DNA of 64,000 bases from contig OY970150.1 of NCBI GenBank assembly GCA_963706365.1, forward strand, positions 1,338,788 through 1,402,787, read 5' to 3'. The notes below the pieces were generated by a model. The model was not told the origin of the DNA. It was given only the letters and a program-made list of their open reading frames with translations, and did not search any database. The translations under genes and the position numbers were made by a program. Below are positions 19,267-29,408 of this stretch, piece after piece. This DNA is from an uncultured Alphaproteobacteria bacterium (GTDB taxonomy: Bacteria; Pseudomonadota; Alphaproteobacteria; JAJTHO01; G963706365). Within the stretch, counting starts at the first letter, position 1. Every line of letters starts with the position of its first letter.

Positions 19267-20799
19267 TTAATGCAAGAAATGGCGGGTGCCCGTAAACATC
19301 ATACAAGCATTAGCTTGGTTGACGGCAGCTATAACTTCGTCATCCCGTTTAGAGCCACCTGGTTGTACCAAAGCAGTAATACCGGCATTCAAGCAAACTT
19401 CGGCTCCATCAGCAAATGGAAAGAAGGCATCAGAGGCGGCCACGGCACCTGTTGTATTTGTTTTAGCCTGTTGTATGGCAATTTCAGCAGCCAATACACG
19501 GCTTGTTTGTCCACCACCAATACCAATGGTGGCACCATCTTTTACCAATACAATAGCGTTAGATTTTACATGTTTAGCAATAACAAAAGCCATATGCATA
19601 TCAATTAACTGTTGTGAATCAGGCTGTTGATTTGTAACGCATTCCCAGTCTTCAGCCTTAATGAGCAAATTGTCCTGATGCTGCACTAAAAAGCCGCCAG
19701 TTAGCGATTTTACACGATAATTATCTTGGGGCTCTTTTGGTAGTTCACCCAACGATAATAAACGAAGATTTTTTTTCTTTGCTAAAATTGTTTGCGCTTC
19801 ATCAGAAAATTCCGGTGCAATGACAATTTCTAAGAAAAGTTTTTTGAGTGCTTCGGCGGTTAATTTATCAACAGGTTGGTTAAAAGCAACCACGCCACCA
19901 AAGGCGCTAACCGGATCAGCCGCCAAGGATTTTTCCCAGGCATTTAAAGCCGTATCAGCAATAGCAACCCCGCAAGGCGTGGCATGCTTGATAATTGTTA
20001 CAACTGCTTTGTTAGATGTTTGATGCAAATCAAGCATTAGGGAGAAAGCCGCATCAGCATCATTCAGGTTATTATAGCTTAGGGGTTTGCCCTGTAATTG
20101 TTTGGCATTAAGCGGCGAAACAGTTTGATTGTAACGATACACGGCTGCTGCCTGATGGGGGTTTTCGCCATAACGCAAATCGCTGATTTTATTGCCGGAT
20201 AATAGAAAAGTATTTGCCAAAGGCTGTTGCAATTGCTGGCTAAAATATTGTGCGATAGCGGCGTCATAATCAGCGGTATGGCGGAAAGCCTTAGCGGCAA
20301 AATTCTTAAGTTGATCTGGTGAAACATTATCAATTGTCTCGATTAAATGATTGTAGTCAGCGGGGTCTGTCACAACAATAACATGCTTGTGATTTTTCGC
20401 TGCGGCACGAATCATCGCGGGGCCACCGATATCAATGTTTTCAATGCAATCGGCAAAAGGTTTTTGCGCTGCAACAGTCTGTTTAAAGGGATATAAATTA
20501 ACAACTAAAACAGCAATAGCTGCAATTTCGTGTTCTTCCAGGGTTTGCTGATGTTCCTTAAGGTCTAAATCAGCCAGTAAGCCACCATGAATACTAGGGT
20601 GCAGGGTTTTAACGCGCCCCCCCAGCATTTCCGGCATTTTTGTAACATCAGCCACGGCTATAACATCTAAACCTGCTTGTTGCAGTGTTTTAAATGTGCC
20701 GCCACTGGAAACTAGTTCATAGCCTTTTTCGATTAAAGCCTTAGCCAAAGGAACCAGTCCGGTTTTATCCGAAACAGAGAGCAACGCGCGTTTTTTCAT
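19267..20799 (-). CDS. purH: Bifunctional AICAR transformylase / IMP cyclohydrolase
   Basis: N-terminus MKKRALLSVSDKTG and ..GRVKTLHPSIHGGLL.. motif, 510 aa. Confidence 0.95.
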   Translation of the reverse strand: MKKRALLSVSDKTGLVPLAKALIEKGYELVSSGGTFKTLQQAGLDVIAVADVTKMPEMLGGRVKTLHPSIHGGLLADLDLKEHQQTLEEHEIAAIAVLVVNLYPFKQTVAAQKPFADCIENIDIGGPAMIRAAAKNHKHVIVVTDPADYNHLIETIDNVSPDQLKNFAAKAFRHTADYDAAIAQYFSQQLQQPLANTFLLSGNKISDLRYGENPHQAAAVYRYNQTVSPLNAKQLQGKPLSYNNLNDADAAFSLMLDLHQTSNKAVVTIIKHATPCGVAIADTALNAWEKSLAADPVSAFGGVVAFNQPVDKLTAEALKKLFLEIVIAPEFSDEAQTILAKKKNLRLLSLGELPKEPQDNYRVKSLTGGFLVQHQDNLLIKAEDWECVTNQQPDSQQLIDMHMAFVIAKHVKSNAIVLVKDGATIGIGGGQTSRVLAAEIAIQQAKTNTTGAVAASDAFFPFADGAEVCLNAGITALVQPGGSKRDDEVIAAVNQANACMMFTGTRHFLH

Positions 20800-20838
20800 A
20801 AAGCGCGATTTATCATAATTTTTTTAGGATGACACGTT

Positions 20839-22686
20839 TTAATTTAAGGCGGGAACAGAACTAACTGCTTCTTTCTTCTTAATTTTACGTTTTGTATAAG
20901 GTTCCCGCCCTACACCATTACCGTTAATTAAATTATTAATTTCTTCGCCGGTTAATGTTTCATATTCCAGCAAAGCTTCTGCCAACTTTACGAAAGCATC
21001 TTTTTTGTCTGTTAAAATTTGACGCGCCGTATTGTTGGCATCTTCCATTAATTGGCGCACTTCTTCGTCAATTTCCTTAGTGGTTTCATCGGAAATCGTG
21101 CTTTGAAAAGACTGATCATTTTTCTTATAATTAACAGTTCCCAGCTTGTCGCTATAGCCCCATTCGGTAATCATGGCGCGTGCCATGCGGGTGGCTTGTT
21201 GAATATCACTGCTGGCGCCAGTGGTGATATGATCTTTGCCAAAAATCATTTCTTCGGCAATTCGGCCACCCATTGTCATGGCTAAATCTTCTTTTAGCTT
21301 AATGAAGGGGTGTGAATAGCGATCCCCTTCCGGTAAGCGCATTACCATACCCAAAGCTTGCCCACGTGGAATGATTGTTGCCTTATGAATAGGGTCAGAA
21401 TTCGGGCAATTAAGGCCAACAATAGCGTGCCCGGCCTCGTGATAAGCGGTCAGCTTTTTCTCTTCTTCGCTCATCGCCATAGAACGTCGCTCAGAACCCA
21501 TCATCACTTTGTCTTTGGCTTCTTCCAATTCCAGCGTGCCTACCATCTTAAGGTTTTTTCGGGCGGCTAAAAGGGCGGCTTCGTTTACCAAATTGGCCAG
21601 TTCGGCACCGGAAAAACCGGGTGTACCACGCGCAATACTCCGCACATCCACGTGCTCATCTAAAGGCACTTTTTTCAGGTGTACTTTAAGAATTTTTTCG
21701 CGGCCAATTACATCGGGGTTTGGCACGGTTACCTGGCGGTCAAAACGGCCAGGGCGTAGTAATGCTTGATCTAAAACATCTGGCCGGTTGGTGGCGGCAA
21801 TAATAATGACCCCTTCATTGCCTTCGAAACCATCCATTTCAACCAACAGCTGGTTTAATGTTTGCTCTCGTTCTTCATGTCCGCCACTGGCACCCCCGCC
21901 ACGTTTGCGGCCAACGGCATCAATTTCATCAATAAAGATGATGCAGGGGGCATTCTTTTTGCCCTGCTCAAACATATCGCGCACCCGGCTGGCACCAACA
22001 CCCACGAACATTTCCACAAAATCAGAACCGGAAATAGAGAAGAACGGTACCGCTGCTTCACCGGCAATGGCTCGTGCCAGCAAAGTTTTACCAGTTCCTG
22101 GAGGGCCCACCAATAAAACACCACGAGGAATTTTTCCGCCTAAGCGCTGAAATTTCAATGGGTCTTTTAGATAGTCTACAACTTCTTCCAATTCTTGCTT
22201 TGCTTCGTCAATGCCTGCTACATCGGCAAACGTAACTTTTTTGTTGTTTTCCGTTAAAAGCTTTGCGCGTGAACGGCCAAAGCCCATGGCACCGCCGCCC
22301 CCGCCGCCCTGCATCTTGCGCATAAAGAAAATATAGACACCAATGAACAATAGCATAGGCAGCCAGGCCAATAGAATGGTAAAGGGACTACCGTCTTTTG
22401 GCGGTGCAGTTCCCTCAATTTGCACGCCGGCATTTTGCAATTTGGTTACAACATCGTTGTCGCCCGGGTTATAAGTCACAAATTTATTCTGGCCATTGGC
22501 GGCCTCACCTAAAATGCGTCTGCCGTCGATAACCACATGCTGCACTTGCTGCGATTCAACCCGCCCTAAGAAACTGGTATAATCAATTACCGGTAGCCCG
22601 GATGTCTGTTTATTTTCCTGTAACATGCCGAAGACGCCCACCAACAGCATAATTATAACAACCCAGACAAAAAAGTTTTTGATCAT
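20839..22686 (-). CDS. ftsH: ATP-dependent zinc metalloprotease FtsH
   Basis: Walker [12 protein letters not shown], Walker [12 protein letters not shown] region, zinc site HEAGHA. Confidence 0.97.
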   Translation of the reverse strand: MIKNFFVWVVIIMLLVGVFGMLQENKQTSGLPVIDYTSFLGRVESQQVQHVVIDGRRILGEAANGQNKFVTYNPGDNDVVTKLQNAGVQIEGTAPPKDGSPFTILLAWLPMLLFIGVYIFFMRKMQGGGGGGAMGFGRSRAKLLTENNKKVTFADVAGIDEAKQELEEVVDYLKDPLKFQRLGGKIPRGVLLVGPPGTGKTLLARAIAGEAAVPFFSISGSDFVEMFVGVGASRVRDMFEQGKKNAPCIIFIDEIDAVGRKRGGGASGGHEEREQTLNQLLVEMDGFEGNEGVIIIAATNRPDVLDQALLRPGRFDRQVTVPNPDVIGREKILKVHLKKVPLDEHVDVRSIARGTPGFSGAELANLVNEAALLAARKNLKMVGTLELEEAKDKVMMGSERRSMAMSEEEKKLTAYHEAGHAIVGLNCPNSDPIHKATIIPRGQALGMVMRLPEGDRYSHPFIKLKEDLAMTMGGRIAEEMIFGKDHITTGASSDIQQATRMARAMITEWGYSDKLGTVNYKKNDQSFQSTISDETTKEIDEEVRQLMEDANNTARQILTDKKDAFVKLAEALLEYETLTGEEINNLINGNGVGREPYTKRKIKKKEAVSSVPALN

Positions 22687-22715
22687 GGCGTTTATATAAG
22701 TAGTTCTATGATATG

Positions 22716-23090
22716 TTACAAACGTCTAAAGCGGGAAAAGTAAAGCCCGGTGATAATCAATAAAATCAGTGCTGGTATATACCAGATAATATTACTTTTC
22801 GGTGGACGAAAAAGAATGTCGGTGCCGTAGCGTGCTACTAACCAATCTTGTACTTGTTTGTCAGACATCCCTTTTTTTAGCTGCTGTCGAATAGCCTGAC
22901 GCATTGCCATAGCTAATTCCGCATTGGAACCATTAATAGACTGCCCCGCACAGACTGTACATTTGATTGTATCGCCTATGGTAATGGCACGTTGCTCTAG
23001 GGCGGGGTTATTCAGTTGTTCTTCGGCACTAATCAGTGCATTGACCGGCAAAGCCAGGAATAAGCAAAGCAACAGTATAATCTTTTTCAT
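22716..23090 (-). CDS. ccmH: Cytochrome c-type biogenesis protein CcmH
   Basis: ATG at 23090 gives signal peptide [18 protein letters not shown], then the CcmH motif ..CTVCAGQSI.. and a C-terminal TM helix. The upstream part of the track ORF (to 23195) overlaps the divergent gene. Confidence 0.85.
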   Translation of the reverse strand: MKKIILLLCLFLALPVNALISAEEQLNNPALEQRAITIGDTIKCTVCAGQSINGSNAELAMAMRQAIRQQLKKGMSDKQVQDWLVARYGTDILFRPPKSNIIWYIPALILLIITGLYFSRFRRL

Positions 23091-23124
23091 TGCTTTTTTA
23101 TACAGACTCGGCTCCCCTAATGCC

Positions 23125-23679
23125 ATGGTTGCCTTAAATACCCCTGTTTGTAATTTTGACTGGCCAGCGCCAGATTTTAAGCTGCCTGATGGCAATGGAA
23201 AAACTTATGATCTAAGGGAATTAAAGGGTGATAAGGGAACGTTAATTGTATTTATCTGCAACCATTGCCCATACGTAAAATCAATTATCGATGATTTTGT
23301 TGCCACGGCTAGGCTGCTGCAGGAAAATAAGGTAAATGTCGTTGCAATTAGCAGCAATGATGTTGTTACGTATCCTGAAGATGCCCCCGATAAAATGGTG
23401 GAGTTTGCTGAAACGCATCAATTTACCTTTCCTTACCTTTACGACGAAACGCAAAAGGTGGCCAAACAATATGGCGCCATTTGCACGCCTGATTTATTCG
23501 GTTTTAACAAAGATTTGAAATTGCAATACCGGGGCCGTTTTGATGCGCGGGGGCGTGAAAATGTTTCTGGCAATGCAAAAGATAACGATTTAGCCAAGGC
23601 CATGCTGCAAATTGCCGCAACAGGGCGGGGGCCACAAGAACAAATCCCGAGTATTGGGTGTTCCATTAAATGGAAGTGA
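23125..23679 (+). CDS. Thioredoxin-fold (AhpC/TSA-like) family protein
   Basis: ATG at 23125. ..APDFKLPDGNGKTYDL..LIVFICNHCPYV.. CxxC redox motif. The track start 22924 overlaps ccmH. Confidence 0.8.
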   Translation: MVALNTPVCNFDWPAPDFKLPDGNGKTYDLRELKGDKGTLIVFICNHCPYVKSIIDDFVATARLLQENKVNVVAISSNDVVTYPEDAPDKMVEFAETHQFTFPYLYDETQKVAKQYGAICTPDLFGFNKDLKLQYRGRFDARGRENVSGNAKDNDLAKAMLQIAATGRGPQEQIPSIGCSIKWK

Positions 23680-23714
23680 TTGCATTTTATTGGTTTTTTA
23701 GGTAGATTGGTTTT

Positions 23715-24419
23715 ATGCAAGCTACAGCAATCACCCCTGCAACACCACAAGCAGAACAAAAAAGTGTTCGTGATGTACTTACGGAGATGGGAAAAAATGC
23801 AGGGGCACAATTGCGAGAGTATGGTGATACTACTGCTGATAACATTAGCGAGATGGCAGGAAACTTAGGAACAGCCATTAGTAAATTCTGCTATGCTTTA
23901 GTTCAAAGTGGTACATCTATAGATGCGTTGAATTTGGCTGAAGAAGAGCTGCTGATGCTAAAAACCATACACAAAGGTGTTTTTCTAGAGCCCTTTCTAG
24001 AGGCGAACGACAATGAAATTTTTTATAACCATTTGTCGCAAAATAAAGCTAATCCAAAAGACGTTGTTGATAGTATTGCACGTAACTTTCTGCTCACAGG
24101 TAATTTAAATGATGGCCATTTGCGTGCTATGAATAGTTTAGATAAAAGCCGGCTTAATGACGATCAGAAAAAATTTATGAAAGATTCTCAAGAGCTTATG
24201 AATGCCGCGCACAGCAATATTGCATCGAAGTATCAGATTAATAGAGATGATCTAAATACTTATGCCATGAGTGAGCAAACTTCAGAAGTGGTTATAGCAA
24301 TAAATGATAGTGCTCATACTTGTATGCGTAACAAGCTTGAGCGGGATAATGCGCCACAGCAGCAAACGATGCAGCCCAACCAAAATGCAATGCAGTTGCC
24401 AGAAGATCAGCGTTATTAA
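23715..24419 (+). CDS. Hypothetical protein, no signal peptide, Gln-rich C-terminus
   Basis: 234-codon ORF with normal composition, between conserved genes. No recognisable motif. Confidence 0.55.
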   Translation: MQATAITPATPQAEQKSVRDVLTEMGKNAGAQLREYGDTTADNISEMAGNLGTAISKFCYALVQSGTSIDALNLAEEELLMLKTIHKGVFLEPFLEANDNEIFYNHLSQNKANPKDVVDSIARNFLLTGNLNDGHLRAMNSLDKSRLNDDQKKFMKDSQELMNAAHSNIASKYQINRDDLNTYAMSEQTSEVVIAINDSAHTCMRNKLERDNAPQQQTMQPNQNAMQLPEDQRY

Positions 24420-24469
24420 AGCCTTGCATTAAAATAAATAAAGTTTATTATCATCCATCCGAGGCTATT

Positions 24470-24595
24470 ATGAAAATTGTTAATTCGTTAAAAACTATTA
24501 AAAACCGCCACAAAGACTGCCAGATTATTCGCAGGCGGGGGCGTGTCTATGTTATTAACAAGACAAACCCGCGTTTTAAAGCGCGTCAAGGCTAA
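24470..24595 (+). CDS. rpmJ: 50S ribosomal protein L36
   Basis: The 41-aa translation [41 protein letters not shown] is the non-zinc L36 type common in alphaproteobacteria. Below the ORF-track length cut-off. GAGG lies upstream. Confidence 0.9.
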   Translation: MKIVNSLKTIKNRHKDCQIIRRRGRVYVINKTNPRFKARQG

Positions 24596-24603
24596 CTTGC
24601 AGC

Positions 24604-25512
24604 TTGCGCACCGCAACAGTTGTTGTTGGTAATTTTGATGGTGTCCATTTAGGGCATCAGACTGTCTTTCAGCAGGCTATTGCAAAAAGCAAGCAACAAT
24701 CTATTCAATCAATCGGTGTCTTAACATTCACACCACACCCTCGCCGGTTTTTTCAGCCGGGATCCCCACCTTTTTTACTTACCAGTGATGAACAAAGAAA
24801 AGCATTATTTCAGCAGTATGGTATGGATTTTTCATTATTTCTGCCATTTGATGAAAAGTTATCAGCGGAAACACCCGCCTATTTTTTTACAAAAACACTG
24901 TTAGAGCAAGTAAACAAAGCTGGATTCAGTTTAAAAAAATTAGTTGTAGGCTATGATTTTAATTTCGGTCATCAACGCCTTGGCAGTATTCAAACGCTGC
25001 AAGAGCTAGCTGCGCTACATGATGTGCAAACCAGTATTATTTCCCCTGTCATGGGAGAAAACGAGCAGATCTATTCTTCTTCAACAATTCGGAATTTTAT
25101 TCGATCTGGTGATATGCCACAGGCTAATCAAGCATTAGCGCGGTTATGGCAAATAAAAGGTGTGGTATGCTATGGGGAAAAACAAGGCCGTACTATTGGT
25201 TTTCCTACGGCTAATATTGCCTGGCAAGACTATGTCGTGCCAAAATACGGCGTTTATGCCGTGACAGTTGAACATAAAAATACTATTTACAAGGCTGTGG
25301 CTAATGTTGGTATTCGCCCCACAGTTGAAGGCAAGCAGCAAAATCTGGAAGTTCATATTTTTGACTTTGATCAGGATATTTATGAGCAGGAAATTGCCGT
25401 TAACTTCTATCAATTTATTCGCCCTGAACAGAAATTTGATAGTTTTGATCTATTAAAACAACAGATTTCACAAGATTGTAAAAAGGCACAGGCTATTTTA
25501 TGCAGTGGCTAG
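24604..25512 (+). CDS. ribF: Bifunctional riboflavin kinase / FAD synthetase
   Basis: GNFDGVHLGHQ nucleotidyltransferase motif and C-terminal riboflavin-kinase motifs (GFPTANI, E.HIFDF). TTG start. Confidence 0.9.
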   Translation: MRTATVVVGNFDGVHLGHQTVFQQAIAKSKQQSIQSIGVLTFTPHPRRFFQPGSPPFLLTSDEQRKALFQQYGMDFSLFLPFDEKLSAETPAYFFTKTLLEQVNKAGFSLKKLVVGYDFNFGHQRLGSIQTLQELAALHDVQTSIISPVMGENEQIYSSSTIRNFIRSGDMPQANQALARLWQIKGVVCYGEKQGRTIGFPTANIAWQDYVVPKYGVYAVTVEHKNTIYKAVANVGIRPTVEGKQQNLEVHIFDFDQDIYEQEIAVNFYQFIRPEQKFDSFDLLKQQISQDCKKAQAILCSG

Positions 25513-26123
25513 TTTCCAAAGAACCAATTCTTTACCCCGAAGCCGTTGCTATTATGGATCAGCGGGTTGAAAATATTTATCAAAATAAATCTGATGAATG
25601 TGTATGGCTATTAGAGCACCCACCGCTTTACACGGCAGGCACCAGCGCACAAGTAACAGACTTATTAAACCCGCAATTTCCCGTTTATAAAGCAGGCCGT
25701 GGTGGGCAATATACCTATCATGGCCCTGGGCAACGCGTTTGTTATGTCATGCTGAATTTGACTAAACGCACAAAAGACATCCGGCACTATATTAACCAGC
25801 TAGAACGATGGATTGCCTTAACGTTACTAAAATATAATATTGTAACCAAAACGTATCCTGATCGTGTGGGGCTGTGGGTTGAAACAGGGCAGGGAGAGGA
25901 AAAAATAGCGGCCATTGGTGTGCGCGTACGGCGATGGGTGACATTTCATGGTATTTCTATTAATATAAAACCAAACCTTAGCCATTTTGAAGGTATAGTG
26001 CCTTGTGGCTTAAAACAATACGGGGTAACGTCTTTGGAAAAACTTGGCTATACTGTTGCTATGGGAGATTTTGATAACGTATTGAAAGAACAATTTTTTA
26101 ATGTGTTTGCTGGTAACGAATGA
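25500..26123 (+). CDS. lipB: Octanoyltransferase
   Basis: LLEHPPLYTAGTSA, RGGQYTYHGPGQ, and KIAAIGVRVRRWVTFHG with the catalytic-region Cys (PCG). Confidence 0.92.
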   Translation: MQWLVSKEPILYPEAVAIMDQRVENIYQNKSDECVWLLEHPPLYTAGTSAQVTDLLNPQFPVYKAGRGGQYTYHGPGQRVCYVMLNLTKRTKDIRHYINQLERWIALTLLKYNIVTKTYPDRVGLWVETGQGEEKIAAIGVRVRRWVTFHGISINIKPNLSHFEGIVPCGLKQYGVTSLEKLGYTVAMGDFDNVLKEQFFNVFAGNE

Positions 26124-26773
26124 AAGAGCTTTTTTTATACTATTGCGGGGTGCAAGATGTACAACAGACTGCAGCAGTTAACGCGTTTACTTATCAGCCA
26201 GTTGTAAAAATAACACCGCAATTGCAGCCAAAATCGACAAAAAGGCTTAAGCTTGAATTTGAAACACTTGAGGATTTAAGAAAGGCATTACAAGAAAAAT
26301 TGAGAGACAAGCTTGTCTTTTCTGCAGGTGATGAAAAGAGCCGTGTTATGATTATTGGTGATGCGCCGCAACAAAATACGCATACACCCTTTTCGGACGA
26401 AAGTTTAAGTCTTTTACAAAAAATGTTTAATGCGATTGAGCTTCCTTTAGACCAAACTTATCAAACGACACTTTGTTGTGCGCCGCAGCAAATTTTAAGT
26501 GATATTATTATTGCGGAAATGTTACCTTATTTAGAACAACATATAAAATTAATTGCCCCCAAAATATTGGTATTGATGGGGAATAAGGTGACGCGTACAT
26601 TGTTGCGGCAAGAAAAAGGTATTTTGTCGTTACGTGGGCAATTTCATGATTATAAGGCCATAAAAGCACTACCTATTTTCCATCCGCAATTTTTATTACA
26701 ACAGCCTCAGCAAAAGCGAAAAGCCTGGGAGGATTTACAAAAACTGCAAGAATGGCTGAAAGAACATGCCTGA
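26120..26773 (+). CDS. Uracil-DNA-glycosylase-superfamily protein (family-4-like, atypical motifs)
   Basis: C-terminal 150 aa align to family-4 UDGs (..VMIIGDAPQQ.., ..LPIFHPQFLL.., ..KRKAWEDL..). GDAPQ replaces GE[AG]PG, and the Fe-S cysteines are not evident. Confidence 0.6.
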   Translation: MKELFLYYCGVQDVQQTAAVNAFTYQPVVKITPQLQPKSTKRLKLEFETLEDLRKALQEKLRDKLVFSAGDEKSRVMIIGDAPQQNTHTPFSDESLSLLQKMFNAIELPLDQTYQTTLCCAPQQILSDIIIAEMLPYLEQHIKLIAPKILVLMGNKVTRTLLRQEKGILSLRGQFHDYKAIKALPIFHPQFLLQQPQQKRKAWEDLQKLQEWLKEHA

Positions 26774-27368
26774 TCTTGAACTGGAAAATCAGTATAAAGG
26801 TTTATCAATCGCCGGGGTAGACGAAGTGGGGCGCGGCTGCATCGCCGGCAGTGTCGTGGCCGCTGCGGTTATTTTGCCTAAAGAGTTGCCAGAAATTTTG
26901 TATCAAATGAATGATTCTAAATTGCTTTCTGCTAAAAAGCGACAGTTGCTTTACGATGTTATTATTACTGAATGTCATTATGGTATCGGCGTCTGTAACG
27001 AAGCAGAAATTGATGAAATTAATATTTTGCAGGCCAGTTTACTGGCTATGCGAAGGGCGGTTGAGAACTTAAATATACTTCCTGAACTAGCCCTGGTTGA
27101 TGGCAATCAGAAACCAGGTTTACCCTGCGAAGTTATTACCGTTATAAAAGGTGACTCTAAAAGCCTGTCCATTGCCGCTGCTTCCATTATTGCAAAGGTT
27201 TATCGGGATACAATGATGCAACAGCTGCATAATCAATACCCAAACTATCAGTGGAATCAGAATAAGGGATACCCCTCTAAAGCACATAAAGATTCCTTGA
27301 TGAAATTTGGTATAACACCACATCACCGCTTGAGTTTTGCCCCTTGTAAAATTATGGCAAGTTGCTAA
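26766..27368 (+). CDS. rnhB: Ribonuclease HII
   Basis: GVDEVGRGCIAGSVVAAAV, DSKLLS, and DGN..GDSKS motifs. Confidence 0.93.
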   Translation: MPDLELENQYKGLSIAGVDEVGRGCIAGSVVAAAVILPKELPEILYQMNDSKLLSAKKRQLLYDVIITECHYGIGVCNEAEIDEINILQASLLAMRRAVENLNILPELALVDGNQKPGLPCEVITVIKGDSKSLSIAAASIIAKVYRDTMMQQLHNQYPNYQWNQNKGYPSKAHKDSLMKFGITPHHRLSFAPCKIMASC

Positions 27369-27377
27369 AAATGCGTT

Positions 27378-27863
27378 ATGCTTAAAAAATCCTTATGTAC
27401 CCTAACGGCCTTGGCAATGCTAAGTGGCTGTGCCACACGTGACGGCATGACAACAACTTCCTACCCTAGTGTAAATAAAGAAACAGCTGGTGGGTTACTG
27501 GGTGCCGTTGGTGGCGCCGTGGCCGGTTCACAGTTCGGTGGCGGAACGGGTAGAATTGCAACCACCGCAGTGGGCACATTGCTAGGTGCTTATATTGGTA
27601 CAGAAGCTGGCCGTTCTTTAGACCGTGCGGATGCTACCTATGCCCAACAAACGGCAACACGCGCCTTTACAGAAAATCGTGGCTATCAGTGGCAGAACCC
27701 GCAAAATGGTAACTCGGGCATAATTACACCTACTGAAACATTTACGGCTCAAAATGGTAGCTTGTGTCGCGAATATTCGCAGACGATTAATGTTGGTGGC
27801 CGTCAGGAACGTGCGTTTGGCACTGCCTGCCAACAACCAGATGGTAGCTGGAAAATTATATAA
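27378..27863 (+). CDS. 17-kDa-surface-antigen-type lipoprotein (glycine-zipper)
   Basis: Lipobox LSGC, glycine zipper [19 protein letters not shown], and a C-terminal ..[31 protein letters not shown] motif as in rickettsial 17-kDa antigen homologues. Confidence 0.8.
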   Translation: MLKKSLCTLTALAMLSGCATRDGMTTTSYPSVNKETAGGLLGAVGGAVAGSQFGGGTGRIATTAVGTLLGAYIGTEAGRSLDRADATYAQQTATRAFTENRGYQWQNPQNGNSGIITPTETFTAQNGSLCREYSQTINVGGRQERAFGTACQQPDGSWKII

Positions 27864-27868
27864 GTGCT

Positions 27869-28774
27869 GTGAACCCTTACAATTTACTAGGGGTCAAACC
27901 CACAGCCACCGATGAAGAATTAAAAAAAGCCTATCGTAATCTGGCGAAAGAGCATCACCCGGATAAAAAACCGGGCGATGCCGATAATGAAAAGCGCTTC
28001 AAAGAAATTTCTGCTGCTTATAGTTTGCTTTCAGATAAAACAAAGCGCGCAAAATTTGATAACGGTGAAATAAAAGCAGACGGCAGCCCGAATTACGCGG
28101 GCGGTGGTTTTCAAAATGCTTCCAAATCCTATGGAAAGTGGCGTAGTGCCGAAGGTTTTGACGCCAATTTTAATAATAATTTCAGCGGCGAAGATCCTTT
28201 TTCTGATATATTTGGCGATTTTTTTGGCCGTGGAAAAACGGCCGGTAATAGAAAGCCTCCACCGCGCCGTGGCTCCGACATAAAGTATGCCCTTACCATC
28301 GACTTTCTGGAGGCCGTATTAGGAGAAAAAAAGCAGGTTACTTTAGCCGATGGTAAAAATATTAGTGTAGCCATACCCTCCGGTATTGAAAGTGGTACAA
28401 CTTTAAGACTATCGGGCAAGGGCAGGGCAGGTTTTGCCGGCGGCAATAGCGGGGACGCCTTAATTACCATAACAGTTACACCCAGTAAAGATTTTCGCCG
28501 GGAAGGTTTGGATATTCACACTACTTTACCTATTACAATAAAAGAAGCTATTTTAGGTGCCAGTATTGCTGTTGAAACAATTCACGGTAGTGTTTCGCTA
28601 AAAATTCCCGCTGGTAGTACTACGGGCAATACCTTGCGATTGAAAGATAAAGGCGTGCATCAGAAAACTAAAAAGGGCTATCATTTTGTACATTTATCCA
28701 TTGAATTGCCAAAAACCATTAGTAAAGATATCAAAAATCTAGCTGAAAAAATTGAAGATTATAGCGTGCGTTAA
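27869..28774 (+). CDS. DnaJ-domain co-chaperone, CbpA-like (no zinc finger)
   Basis: J-domain [30 protein letters not shown], a G/F-rich linker and DnaJ C-terminal domains. GTG start. Confidence 0.85.
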   Translation: MNPYNLLGVKPTATDEELKKAYRNLAKEHHPDKKPGDADNEKRFKEISAAYSLLSDKTKRAKFDNGEIKADGSPNYAGGGFQNASKSYGKWRSAEGFDANFNNNFSGEDPFSDIFGDFFGRGKTAGNRKPPPRRGSDIKYALTIDFLEAVLGEKKQVTLADGKNISVAIPSGIESGTTLRLSGKGRAGFAGGNSGDALITITVTPSKDFRREGLDIHTTLPITIKEAILGASIAVETIHGSVSLKIPAGSTTGNTLRLKDKGVHQKTKKGYHFVHLSIELPKTISKDIKNLAEKIEDYSVR

Positions 28775-29283
28775 TGCATACATTAATTGCCATCGGTGGT
28801 TTATCGGGGTCTGGAAAAAGTACATTGGCAACAGCACTAGCTGGCGAGCAGAAAGCCAGCTTATTGCGTAGTGATGTTATTCGAAAACAGCATTTTAATA
28901 TTGATCCTCTGGAAAGACTGCCAGTAGAGGCGTATACAAGCCAGGTTTCAGCTGAAATTTACCAAATTATGTATTCACTGATACAAAAAGAAATTCAGCA
29001 CAGCAACGTTATTATCGATGCTGCTTTTTTAAAGAAAAGTGAGCGCGATGCAGTGAGTAGGTTGCACAAGATATTTTACGGTTTTTGGGTAAGCGTGCCA
29101 GATGATATCGCGGCACAGCGTTTGCAACGTAGAAAAAACGATGCGTCGGATGCAACGTATAATATTCGTCAACGACAACAAAGTTTTTACGAAATGCCTG
29201 TAATATGGGAATCCTTAGACGGTTCTTTGTCAGTTGAATATAATAAATCCTTAATTAAAAATGTATTAAAAATAAATAATTAA
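28774..29283 (+). CDS. P-loop kinase-like AAA family ATPase
   Basis: Walker A GGLSGSGKST in a small 169-aa protein. Its start overlaps the upstream stop. Confidence 0.7.
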   Translation: MHTLIAIGGLSGSGKSTLATALAGEQKASLLRSDVIRKQHFNIDPLERLPVEAYTSQVSAEIYQIMYSLIQKEIQHSNVIIDAAFLKKSERDAVSRLHKIFYGFWVSVPDDIAAQRLQRRKNDASDATYNIRQRQQSFYEMPVIWESLDGSLSVEYNKSLIKNVLKINN

Positions 29284-29324
29284 TAATATATTAGAACTTT
29301 ATGTGATTAATGTCACCTATAAGT

Positions 29325-29353
29325 TTGATATTTATTACTTTATATGTTATAAA
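29325..29353 (+). promoter_or_regulatory. Candidate sigma-70 promoter for the 875-aa gene
   Basis: TTGATA - 17 nt - TATAAA in a very AT-rich spacer, so a chance match is possible. Confidence 0.25.
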
Positions 29354-29408
29354 GTATTTTAGATAAGTTTAATCTTATTTCGTTTTTAATATTTAAGGAG
29401 ATACTAAA

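Noticed and set aside
21052-22150. Antisense and alternate-frame ORFs inside ftsH (21052-21285, 21358-21570, 21509-21769, 21788-22150, 21862-22116, 21855-22124)
   Set aside because: They lie entirely within a highly conserved gene. Their translations are low-complexity Ser/Pro/Ala strings typical of antisense frames.
22924-23195. Long mutual overlap of the track ORFs for ccmH (to 23195) and the thioredoxin-fold gene (from 22924)
   Set aside because: Internal ATGs at 23090 (signal peptide MKKIILLL..) and 23125 (MVALNTPV..) give non-overlapping divergent genes with conserved N-termini.
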